NCBI GenBank assembly: GCA_938040365.1
Contig: CALHXU010000013.1
Span: 1-60,466, forward strand
From: an uncultured Acidimicrobiales bacterium
GTDB taxonomy: Bacteria > Actinomycetota > Acidimicrobiia > Acidimicrobiales > SHLQ01
Direction: 5' to 3'
DNA length: 60,466 nucleotides
Shown: in pieces, positions 1 through 8,191 of the stretch
Numbering within the stretch: position 1 is the first letter of the stretch
Layout: the number at the start of each line of letters is the position of its first letter
The notes under the pieces: generated by a model
What the model saw: only the letters and a program-made list of their open reading frames with translations
Database searches by the model: none
What the model was told of the DNA's origin: nothing
Translations under genes and position numbers: made by a program

Positions 1-39
1 CGGCGTTGATTTCGCCGCAGTAGTGAGTGCGCAGTGCCA
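1..39 (-). CDS. aspS: aspartate--tRNA ligase, N-terminal fragment (gene runs off the left edge)
   Basis: Reverse-strand ATG at 37-39 translates MALRTHYCGEINA, the conserved RTHYCG N-terminus of AspS. It sits 41 nt downstream of the hisS stop (common hisS-aspS order). Only 13 codons are visible. Confidence 0.5.
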
Positions 40-80
40 TGGTTTCTTTCGGTATGTCGGTTGAGTTGAGTTCGTCGGAC

Positions 81-1352
81 TTAGCGAGACGTCTCGCCGA
101 GCCGTTGAGAGAGTTCGTTGGGAAGGTCATCCCGGCTGATCAGAGTCTGCCCGGTGTCGCCGTGCATGTCGCGGAGCGTCACGGTTCCGTCAGCCTGTTC
201 GGTTTCGCCGATGATGATGGCCCACGGAGCATTCGAACGGTTGGCCACCTTCATCTGTGCTTTCATCGAACGACCATCGAAGCCGCGGTCGGCAGCGATG
301 CCGTGGCTGCGGAGTTGGTCGGCCAGCACCGTTGCTTCGCCACCGCCGACGTCATCGACGATAAACACGTCTGGCACGGCGCCAGCGTGTTCGAACACGC
401 CTTCGGCGTCACAGGCCAACAGGATGCGGTCGACGCCGAGCGCAAACCCGATGCCGGGCGTGGGCTTGCCACCAAGTGACTCGGCGAGCCCGTCGTAGCG
501 ACCACCACCGCCAACGGCGTTCTGCGCGTTCTCAAGTGCGGTCGACGCGAACTCGAAGGTCGTGCGGGTGTAATAGTCGAGGCCACGAACGAGGCGGGGC
601 GAGATCTCATAGGAGATGCCAAGCGAGTCGAGACCTTCACGGACAGCAGCGAAGTGTTCGCCGGTCTCTTCGGTGAGGTAGTCGACCATGATCGGTGCGC
701 CGGCCACGATCTCCTGATCTTGGCCTCGTTTACTGTCGAGCACACGAAGTGGGTTCTTCTCCAGCGTTTCGACCGACTTCTCGGACAGGTTCGCTGCATT
801 GTCTCGCAGGTACTCCTCGAGTGCAGCGAAGTACGCCGGGCGACACGTTTCGTCGCCGAGCGAGTTGAGCAGCAGGGAGACCTGGCTCATGCCGAGGCTT
901 TGGTAGAAGCGCCACCCGAGGGTGATGACTTCGATGTCGACGGCAGGGTCGTCGCTGCCCAACACCTCGATCCCCACCTGACTGAATTGGCGATAACGGC
1001 CGGCCTGCGGCTTCTCGTGGCGGAACTGTGGGCCTTCGTACCAGACCTTCCACGGAAGGCTCGGTGGGTTGTGCTGCACGAAGGCACGTACGACCGATGC
1101 GGTGAGTTCGGGACGCAGCGCAATGCGCTTGCCGTCTTTGTCCTCGAAGTCGTACATCTCCTTGGTGACGACATCGGTCGAGCCGCCGACACGAAGGAAC
1201 ACACCGAGGTCTTCAAAGATGGGCGACATGATGTGGCCATAACCTGCGAGGCGAGCCTGCTCAGCGAAGGCATCGACGAGCGCGCGCTGCCGCTCCGAGT
1301 CCGGAGACATGATGTCGCGCGTGCCTTTGAGGGCTTGGAACTTTGCCACCAC
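81..1352 (-). CDS. hisS: histidine--tRNA ligase
   Basis: 423-aa ORF with class II HisS hallmarks: KGTRD near the N-terminus, RPELTASV, GGGRYDGL motif 3, and a C-terminal anticodon-binding domain. Confidence 0.95.
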   Translation of the reverse strand: MVAKFQALKGTRDIMSPDSERQRALVDAFAEQARLAGYGHIMSPIFEDLGVFLRVGGSTDVVTKEMYDFEDKDGKRIALRPELTASVVRAFVQHNPPSLPWKVWYEGPQFRHEKPQAGRYRQFSQVGIEVLGSDDPAVDIEVITLGWRFYQSLGMSQVSLLLNSLGDETCRPAYFAALEEYLRDNAANLSEKSVETLEKNPLRVLDSKRGQDQEIVAGAPIMVDYLTEETGEHFAAVREGLDSLGISYEISPRLVRGLDYYTRTTFEFASTALENAQNAVGGGGRYDGLAESLGGKPTPGIGFALGVDRILLACDAEGVFEHAGAVPDVFIVDDVGGGEATVLADQLRSHGIAADRGFDGRSMKAQMKVANRSNAPWAIIIGETEQADGTVTLRDMHGDTGQTLISRDDLPNELSQRLGETSR

Positions 1353-1430
1353 GCAAGGCTACTCCCGCGGTTCGCTACGGCAACGGCTTTGACCCAACCT
1401 GAGAAAGCTTCGAGGCCAGAGCCGCAACGA

Positions 1431-2027
1431 AACGTAAGGGTGCCAGGCTCCCATACGAAATCTGTGCGCAAATCTCACGGCGATTAGCTCGATAGGGTCG
1501 CTGGGTGCCAAATCTCCGTCAAGCTGCCCGCGTCGTCGTGCTAAGTCCAGAGAACCGCGTGCTTCTCGTCCACTTCGAATTCGAGACCGGTGCATTCTGG
1601 GCGACCCCAGGTGGCGGGGTCGAAGGCGACGAGACTCGCATCGAAGCTGGCGAACGCGAGCTCCGCGAAGAGACCGGTATCGTCGGCCTCGAACTGGTCG
1701 GCCCAATCTGGGAACGCACGCATCATTTCGGCTTCTATGGCTTCGACGGGCAGCACGAACTGTACTTCTTGGCTCGCACGCCGGATGAGAATTTCGCCCC
1801 ACAGTTCACACCCGACGAGTTGCGAGCCGAAGGCGTCACCGAGTTGCAGTGGTGGCACCCCGACGACATCGTTGCATCCACGGAGCGCTTCGCGCCCCGA
1901 GACCTCGGCCAGCGGGTCCTCGACCTCATGGCAGATGGCCCACCCGTCGAACTCATCACCCTGACTGACGAACACCCACCCGCCACGAACCACAAAACGT
2001 AAGGGTGCCAGGCACACTTACGAAACG
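1431..2027 (+). repeat. two direct copies of a roughly 30-nt element AACGTAAGGGTGCCAGGC-N-TACGAAA flanking the NUDIX gene
   Basis: AACGTAAGGGTGCCAGGCTCCCATACGAAATC at 1431-1462 and AACGTAAGGGTGCCAGGCACACTTACGAAACG at 1996-2027. The second contains the NUDIX TAA stop and can fold CGTAAG...CTTACG. Confidence 0.85.
1505..2002 (+). CDS. NUDIX hydrolase
   Basis: GGGVEGDETRIEAGERELREETGI fits the Nudix box GX5EX7REUXEEXGU. GTG start at 1505. Confidence 0.85.
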   Translation: MPNLRQAARVVVLSPENRVLLVHFEFETGAFWATPGGGVEGDETRIEAGERELREETGIVGLELVGPIWERTHHFGFYGFDGQHELYFLARTPDENFAPQFTPDELRAEGVTELQWWHPDDIVASTERFAPRDLGQRVLDLMADGPPVELITLTDEHPPATNHKT

Positions 2028-2068
2028 TCGCGAGGGGACAGTGACCCATCGGTGCGCGCGATCTTCAC

Positions 2069-2611
2069 TTGACAGTTTGGAAAGTGAAGCGTACGCTTTC
2101 TAACATGGAAAGTGAGGGGCTTTCAGAGGTTGAGCCGAGGGCGCAACTAGAGGCGTACAAGCTTGGCGCCCAAGCTGCTGAACAGCGAGCTCACTTACCG
2201 ATGCCTCTGTGGTTCTGGCCGACGATGGCGCTGATCGGCCCTGCAATCGTTGCGTACTCCCGTCTCGAAGGCGCGCTCCGCATTGCCGTGCTCGCCGCGC
2301 TGCTCGTACCCGTCGCCGTTGTATGTATCCACCTGCACCTCAGAGATCGCGCCAACCCAAGCAAGCCGTTGTCCCCGTTTCGGGGCGGGCGCAAGAACCG
2401 TTGGCAGTTCGCTGCACATTGGTTCGTGAACTTCGGGGTCATTCTCGCTGTCAACTCCGGCTTGGGCTTCTCGAGCACGATTCTCCCCTGGACGAACGGT
2501 CTTGGCGTCGCGGCATTTGTCTATCTCTTCATGGCTATCCCTGCCACGTTCTTGTGGCACAAGGCCGACCAATGGACGATCGCCAAGACTACGGCACCGG
2601 TTAACCCGTGA
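2069..2611 (+). CDS. hypothetical integral membrane protein (about 4 TM segments)
   Basis: 180-aa ORF with several hydrophobic helices. Its stop overlaps the GTG start of the next gene (GTGA at 2608-2611). Confidence 0.6.
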   Translation: MTVWKVKRTLSNMESEGLSEVEPRAQLEAYKLGAQAAEQRAHLPMPLWFWPTMALIGPAIVAYSRLEGALRIAVLAALLVPVAVVCIHLHLRDRANPSKPLSPFRGGRKNRWQFAAHWFVNFGVILAVNSGLGFSSTILPWTNGLGVAAFVYLFMAIPATFLWHKADQWTIAKTTAPVNP

Positions 2612-2913
2612 GCCTGCAACATCTCAACCCCGTACTGTCCTCACCGAAGCGGATCGCTGCCTTGGGCATGCTCACCGCTACCAAGAAGGTCGATTTCGCA
2701 TTCGTTGCTGAGCATCTGCAATTAAGCGATTCGGACCTCTCCAAGCAAATGAAGGCCCTCGCAGACGTTGGCTACGTCAAGACAACAAAGACTGGCAGCG
2801 GGCCGAGACGGCGGACGTGGTTCGCGATTACCGCCGAGGGCACAAAAGCCCTGAACGCCCACGTTGCCGCCCTCAATGCACTCGTCCTCGAAACACTTCC
2901 ACCACCGAACTAG
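2608..2913 (+). CDS. small winged-helix transcriptional regulator (HTH_34-like)
   Basis: 101 aa. LSSPKRIAALGML...LSDSDLSKQMKALADVGYVKTTK...RRRTWFAITAEGTKAL is the pattern of short MarR/ArsR-like wHTH proteins. Translationally coupled to the upstream membrane protein. Confidence 0.7.
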   Translation: MSLQHLNPVLSSPKRIAALGMLTATKKVDFAFVAEHLQLSDSDLSKQMKALADVGYVKTTKTGSGPRRRTWFAITAEGTKALNAHVAALNALVLETLPPPN

Positions 2914-2925
2914 CTGGAAGGCTTC

Positions 2926-5139
2926 TTAGGCGCCGCCGGGCAGGACTCGGTAGGCGTCGAATACGCCCTCGACTTGGCGAACGGCATTGAGCATTGCTTC
3001 GAGGTGGCTCGGGTCGGCGAACTCAAAGCTGAAACGCATGTGGGCAATGCGGTCAGCGCCGGTCGTAGTGTCGACCGTGAGCATGTTGAGCTGATGGCTC
3101 GCCATCACGCCCGAAACATCGGAGAGCAGTCCAGGGCGATCGAGGGCGTCGACTTCGATCGCTGCTTCGAGAAGCCCGTCGTGACTGTCGTCCCAGTCGA
3201 CGTCGATCAACCGGTCGGATTGTTCGACGCCGAGCGATTGGGCGTTCGAGCAATCGGATCGATGTACCGACACACCCTTTCCTCGGGTGATAAAGCCAAC
3301 GATGAGATCGCCGGGCACCGGGGTGCAGCACGTGGCGAGGCGCACGAGGATGTCGTCGAGGCCTTCGACGTGCACACCACCAGAAATCGAGCGGCGATCG
3401 GTGCGGGTGCGTACCCGGTTGAGCGTTTCGGGAAGCTGTTCGGTCGCTTCGCCCGGCGCGTACTCCCGATTGACCCGGTTGACGATCGTGCGAGGCGAGA
3501 TGTGCCCTTCACCGATCGACGCGAGGAACGCGTCGAGGTCGACATAGTTCATCTCTTCGGCGATGTCGGCAATGAGGTCGCTCTTCATCGTTCGCTGCAC
3601 CGGCAGATCGGCCCGGCGAAGCGCAGACATCAACTCGTCGCGACCAGCCTCGATGAACTCGCTGCGACGCTCCCGGCTGAACCAGTTGCGAATCTTGTTC
3701 GCTGCCTTTGGCGTTGCAACGAAGTTCAGCCAATCCTTCGACGGACCAGCGTCGGGGTTCTTGGAGGTGATTACCTCGACCCGATCGCCAGACTTCAGTC
3801 GGGTATCGAGCGGCACGAGCCGGCCATTGACCCTGGCTCCGGTGCAGCGCTCCCCCACTTCGGTGTGGATTTGGAAGGCAAAGTCAACCGGCGTTGCACC
3901 GACGACAAGTTCTACGACCTTGCCTTTGGGCGTGAACACAAAGACCTCGTCCTGATCGAGGTCGGTCTTGAGCTGGGTCATGAACGCTGAAGGATCGTTG
4001 GCCTCCTGCTCATACTCCACGATGCGGTTGAGCCACGCCACCTCTTGTTCGGATGCTTTCTCCTTGTAGCCCCAGTGGGCTGCAATGCCGTTCTCGGCTC
4101 GGCTGTGCATCTCTTTGGTGCGGATCTGCACCTCGACTTCTTTGCCAAGCGGACCGATCACCGTCGTGTGCAACGACTGGTACAAGTTGAACTTGGGCAT
4201 TGCGATGTAGTCCTTGAAACGGCCCTGCACCGGGTTCCACGACGAGTGGATCGAACCGAGGGCGGCGTAACAGTCGTTCACGCTGTCGACCACAACACGC
4301 ACACCGACGAGGTCGTGGATGTTGTCGAACTCGAGGTTCTTCGTGACCATCTTCCCGTAGATCGAGTACAGGTGCTTCTGGCGGCCGCTTACCTCGGCCA
4401 CGACGTCGAGTTCGGCGAGCCGCTCCTCGATGTCGCCGACAAGTTGGGTGATGTAGATATCGCGTTCGGGCGCACGAGAGGCAACCATCGCGTCGAGTTC
4501 GGCGTATGCCTTGGGCGATGACGCAGCAAACGCCAAGTCTTCGAGGCGCTGCTTGAGGTCCTGCATGCCGAGGCGATGAGCCAGCGGCGCGTAGACCTCG
4601 AGGGTCTCCTTCGCCGTGCGCTCTTGTTTCCACGCAGGGAGCGCAGCGATTGTTTCCATGTTGTGCAAGCGATCGGCGAGCTTGATGATCAACACCCGAG
4701 CGTCCTGGGCAATGGCGATCATCATCTTTCGAAGCGAAGCTGCTTGTTGTGCTTCCTTGGTGTCGAAGTGCACCCGATCGAGCTTGGTGACACCGTCGAC
4801 CACGTGGGCCACTGCTTCGCCAAACTCGTCGACGAGCTGATCGAGTGAAACGGCAGTGTCCTCGACGGCGTCGTGGAGAAGTGCCGCAGAAATCGCAACA
4901 TCGTCCAGACCAAATTCGGCGACTACCTTCGCGACGGCGAGCGGGTGAGAGATATAGGACTCGCCAGACTTCCGACGTTGATCGCCGTGAGCTGCAGCGG
5001 CAATCCGGTATGCGCGCTGAATCCGGTCGATCGACACATCGCCTCGATCGCCACGATAGGCATCGACGATCGCCATGAGCTCGCTCTCGACGCGAGTCGA
5101 CTGACGGCGCCATGGGAGTACTCGGGTCACGGCAGGCAT
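2926..5139 (-). CDS. rel: bifunctional (p)ppGpp synthetase/hydrolase (RelA/SpoT family)
   Basis: HD hydrolase domain (SHPLAVA...LLHDAVEDT), synthetase domain (YQSLHTTV), and TGS and ACT-like C-terminal domains. The ORF track extends to 5223. I use the ATG at 5137-5139 (MPAVTRV); the exact start is uncertain. Confidence 0.9.
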   Translation of the reverse strand: MPAVTRVLPWRRQSTRVESELMAIVDAYRGDRGDVSIDRIQRAYRIAAAAHGDQRRKSGESYISHPLAVAKVVAEFGLDDVAISAALLHDAVEDTAVSLDQLVDEFGEAVAHVVDGVTKLDRVHFDTKEAQQAASLRKMMIAIAQDARVLIIKLADRLHNMETIAALPAWKQERTAKETLEVYAPLAHRLGMQDLKQRLEDLAFAASSPKAYAELDAMVASRAPERDIYITQLVGDIEERLAELDVVAEVSGRQKHLYSIYGKMVTKNLEFDNIHDLVGVRVVVDSVNDCYAALGSIHSSWNPVQGRFKDYIAMPKFNLYQSLHTTVIGPLGKEVEVQIRTKEMHSRAENGIAAHWGYKEKASEQEVAWLNRIVEYEQEANDPSAFMTQLKTDLDQDEVFVFTPKGKVVELVVGATPVDFAFQIHTEVGERCTGARVNGRLVPLDTRLKSGDRVEVITSKNPDAGPSKDWLNFVATPKAANKIRNWFSRERRSEFIEAGRDELMSALRRADLPVQRTMKSDLIADIAEEMNYVDLDAFLASIGEGHISPRTIVNRVNREYAPGEATEQLPETLNRVRTRTDRRSISGGVHVEGLDDILVRLATCCTPVPGDLIVGFITRGKGVSVHRSDCSNAQSLGVEQSDRLIDVDWDDSHDGLLEAAIEVDALDRPGLLSDVSGVMASHQLNMLTVDTTTGADRIAHMRFSFEFADPSHLEAMLNAVRQVEGVFDAYRVLPGGA

Positions 5140-5297
5140 CTGTCGGAAATCACCTCGCTTCAGCTCTCCTGAAATACGGTACTGCCCGCCAGCACATTTC
5201 GCCTCAGCGCCCTTCCAGACCAACCCTCAGTGTATTCGTTGAACAGCGCCGAACGAAGTACCACGGGAGATGGCCTCGCACGCTCTAGTTTGGCCAC

Positions 5298-6836
5298 ATG
5301 GACCCAATCGAAAACCTCGCCGCGATCGATATTGGAACCAGTTCGGTTCACCTCGCCATTGCGCGGCCGGTCGAGGGCGGCAACCCCGAGCTGTTACTGC
5401 GAGAGAAGCTGCCCGTCCGCCTCGGTTCGGGTGCCTCTGACATGAAGACCCTCGACCCCGAAGCCGTCGACCGCGCAATCGTTGCGCTGCAGAGCTTCCG
5501 CTCGCTCGCCGATGCACACAACGCAACCATCCACGCAGTTGCGACGAGCGCAGTTCGCGAGGCGAACGACGCGAGCGCCTTCCTCGAACGTGCGAGCAAC
5601 GAGGCCGGAATCGACATTGCGGTAATTGCCGGAGTAGAGGAAGCCCGCCTCATTCACCTCGGCGCTTTGGGTGCGGTACCCATCGCAAACACCGCGCACC
5701 TCGTGATCGACATCGGCGGTGGTTCGACCGAGTTCATCGTTGGCCACGGCATGGAACCAAAGCTGCTCCGCAGCCTCAAGATGGGCCACGTCCGCACGTC
5801 AAACCGCTTCTTTCCAGACGGCGTCGTCGACCTCGACGCGGTTGGCGAGTGCCGCTCGTGGCTCCGCTCGTTCCTCGCCCGCATCGCGGTCGATGCAAAG
5901 GCGGCGGGGTTCGAACAGGTCGTTGGCTGCTCGGGAACGTTCGAAACGGTCGCCGCAATTGCCCGCCAACATCGGACCGGCGATCCCTCCGAAACGACAG
6001 GCGAGATCACGAGAGCCGCAGTCGACGCTGTCATCGCCGAAATTTTGGCCACCCCTAACCCCGAGGATCGCAGAGCGATTGGCGGCCTCGACGATCATCG
6101 TGCTGACACGATCATCGCCGGAGCACTCATCGTCGAAGCGCTGATGGACAGCCTCGACTTCGAGACATTCACGGTCTCCCCGGCCGCACTCCGAGAAGGG
6201 CTGCTCCTCGATCGGCTAGACGAGCAGCATCCCAACACCGACGGGCTTCTGCACCTCAGCTCCATACGGGCGAGCAGCGTCCGCTTTGTGGCCGAGAGGT
6301 ACGGGGAGAACATCACCCACGCCCGCCAAGCGACCGACGTTGCCCTCCAGCTCTTCGACTCGACCGTCGACCATCACGGCTACGGCCGGTTTGAGCGAGA
6401 CGTGTTGGAAGCAGCGTCGATGCTGCACAACATTGGCCGCTTCGTCGGCCACGGTGCACACCACCGCCACTCCTACTACCTGATCCGAAACAGCGAACAC
6501 CTCGCTGGCTTTCACGCACACGAAACCCGCCTCATCGCCCTCGTTGCCCGCTATCACCGAAAGAGCGCCCCAAAGCCCGAACATAGCGAGTTCGCAAAGC
6601 TCAGGGAAGGCGACCAACAACTGGTGCGCGTACTGGCGGGCATGTTGCGCATCGGCATTGCGCTCGACCGCACCTACCGCACTGCGGCTGGAGACGTCTC
6701 GGTCGACGTTCGTGCGAACACGATCGTGCTTTCGGTCCGTGGCGAAGGAATCGAACTCGAGCTGTATGCAGCGAACGAGCGCAAATCGCTACTCGAAAAC
6801 GCCCTGAAGACCCCCATCGTCGTCACCAGCGCCTAG
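5298..6836 (+). CDS. ppx: exopolyphosphatase / guanosine pentaphosphate phosphohydrolase (Ppx/GppA) with C-terminal HD domain
   Basis: ASKHA-fold N-terminus (AAIDIGTSSVHL, VIDIGGGSTE) plus an HD region (HNIGRFVGHGAHHRHSYYLI). Divergent from rel. Confidence 0.85.
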   Translation: MDPIENLAAIDIGTSSVHLAIARPVEGGNPELLLREKLPVRLGSGASDMKTLDPEAVDRAIVALQSFRSLADAHNATIHAVATSAVREANDASAFLERASNEAGIDIAVIAGVEEARLIHLGALGAVPIANTAHLVIDIGGGSTEFIVGHGMEPKLLRSLKMGHVRTSNRFFPDGVVDLDAVGECRSWLRSFLARIAVDAKAAGFEQVVGCSGTFETVAAIARQHRTGDPSETTGEITRAAVDAVIAEILATPNPEDRRAIGGLDDHRADTIIAGALIVEALMDSLDFETFTVSPAALREGLLLDRLDEQHPNTDGLLHLSSIRASSVRFVAERYGENITHARQATDVALQLFDSTVDHHGYGRFERDVLEAASMLHNIGRFVGHGAHHRHSYYLIRNSEHLAGFHAHETRLIALVARYHRKSAPKPEHSEFAKLREGDQQLVRVLAGMLRIGIALDRTYRTAAGDVSVDVRANTIVLSVRGEGIELELYAANERKSLLENALKTPIVVTSA

Positions 6837-6847
6837 GGCCGCTTCAC

Positions 6848-6971
6848 AGGCGCGGAGCGCCTTACGGCTAGCGCCAAGGGCCCGAGCGGCCCGTCGCCGA
6901 AGGCGACAAGAGCGTGAGAACAGGGAAAGCGCAGCCGTAAAATCCGGCGCGGAGCGCCTTACGGCTAGCGC
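6848..6971. repeat. two 26-nt direct repeats GGCGCGGAGCGCCTTACGGCTAGCGC, 98 nt apart
   Basis: Copies at 6848-6873 and 6946-6971. The second contains the secF stop codon (6965-6967). Confidence 0.9.
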
Positions 6972-8191
6972 TTTCGTTTGGTCTTGCGGGGCTTCGGCGG
7001 AACGTTTCCAGACCCGGCGGCAGATGTGCTTCCGGTCTTGTTCGACTTCTTCGGCTTCGGTGGAACCGAACCCGTCGACGTGCTGGTCGTTTCAGACTTC
7101 TCATCGCCCGAGTCGTCTGCTTTGGCGGACTTTGCTCCGCCAGGCTTGCTCTTTGCACCCGAGGATGCGCCAACCTTTGCCTTGCGCTTCGACCCGTCGC
7201 CGCCGGTGACATCGTCGACGTCAACAATTCGGGTCCCACCTTCATCGTCACCGGTCTTCTTGGCGACCTTGTTCGCAATTTGTTCGTACTCGGGCTCGCG
7301 CTCTTTCAGTAGCGCAACGACAAACGAAGCAATGAACAGCGACGAGTAGCCGCCGACGATCAGTCCGACGAGCAACGCAATCGAGAACTCTTGGAGCGTC
7401 GTTGCGCCGAGGATAAGTGAACCGACGATCAGCATGGACAGCACCGGAATGATGGAGGTGATCGTCGTATTGATCGATCGGGCAAGCACCTGATTGAGCG
7501 CGAGGTTCATCATCTCGGTGTAGGTGTAGCGGCCGGTCGCCCCGACCCGAGCGGTGATATCGCGCACCTTGTCATAGACGACAATCGTGTCGTAGAGCGA
7601 GTAACCCATGATCGTCAGGAACGCAATGACAGTCGCAGGCGTTACCTCAAACCGGAAGATCGCATACGCGCCCACACTGATCACAATGTCGTGGGCAACA
7701 GCTGCGAGCGCGCCGATTGCCATCTTCCATTCGAGTCGAATCGAAATGTAGATAGCGATTCCGATAAAGAAGACGATCAGCGCCCGAATCGCTTTCTCGG
7801 TGATGGCAGACCCGAAGGTCGGTCCGACCGATTCGAGCGCCGTGATCTCACCAAGTTCGTTGAGCGAAGCCCGGAGCGTCTCTACCTCGTCGGCATTGTC
7901 GAGGGGCGTGCGGACTCGAACACCTCGCGTGCCGTCCTCGGCTAACACTTCCTGCAGGATCGATTCTGAAGCGACAGCACCGGGGAGGACATTGCTTACC
8001 TCATCGACTGTTGCCTCGGTCCGCACTTCGAATGAAGTGCCGCCCTCAAAGTCGATACCGAGGTTGAGCCCGCCAATGATCAGAGCGATGACGCTCGCGA
8101 GGACGATGACACCGGACAGGATGAGCGTCTTTTGCCAGAGCGCTGGGAAATCGAACGTGCGCCTCGTTGGCGGCAACTTGGTTGCGGTCAT
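6965..8191 (-). CDS. secF: protein translocase subunit SecF with long Lys/Ser/Gly-rich C-terminal tail
   Basis: SecF core (about 300 aa, 6 TM) followed by about 100 low-complexity residues (KKTGDDEGG...KPKKSNKTGS...PRKTKRKR). Overlaps the secD stop. Confidence 0.9.
   Translation of the reverse strand: MTATKLPPTRRTFDFPALWQKTLILSGVIVLASVIALIIGGLNLGIDFEGGTSFEVRTEATVDEVSNVLPGAVASESILQEVLAEDGTRGVRVRTPLDNADEVETLRASLNELGEITALESVGPTFGSAITEKAIRALIVFFIGIAIYISIRLEWKMAIGALAAVAHDIVISVGAYAIFRFEVTPATVIAFLTIMGYSLYDTIVVYDKVRDITARVGATGRYTYTEMMNLALNQVLARSINTTITSIIPVLSMLIVGSLILGATTLQEFSIALLVGLIVGGYSSLFIASFVVALLKEREPEYEQIANKVAKKTGDDEGGTRIVDVDDVTGGDGSKRKAKVGASSGAKSKPGGAKSAKADDSGDEKSETTSTSTGSVPPKPKKSNKTGSTSAAGSGNVPPKPRKTKRKR

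Noticed and set aside
1353-1504. tRNA or small RNA genes in the larger intergenic gaps (1353-1504, 5140-5297, 10000-10110, 34760-34896, 57726-57874).
   Set aside because: I could not recognise a cloverleaf (acceptor/T-arm GTTCRANNC) or any known sRNA core by eye. A tRNAscan/Infernal run would be needed to exclude them fully.
2974-3990. 338-aa plus-strand ORF antisense to rel. There are many similar long ORFs: 654-1487, 8167-9174, 28044-28967, 30947-31792, 35329-36339, 38113-39102, 46775-47866, 46887-47882, 58145-59032 and 59399-60238.
   Set aside because: All lie entirely inside, and antisense to or out of frame with, genes that have strong family signatures. Their translations are Arg/Pro/Gly/Ala-rich with no motifs. 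These are typical shadow ORFs of high-GC DNA.
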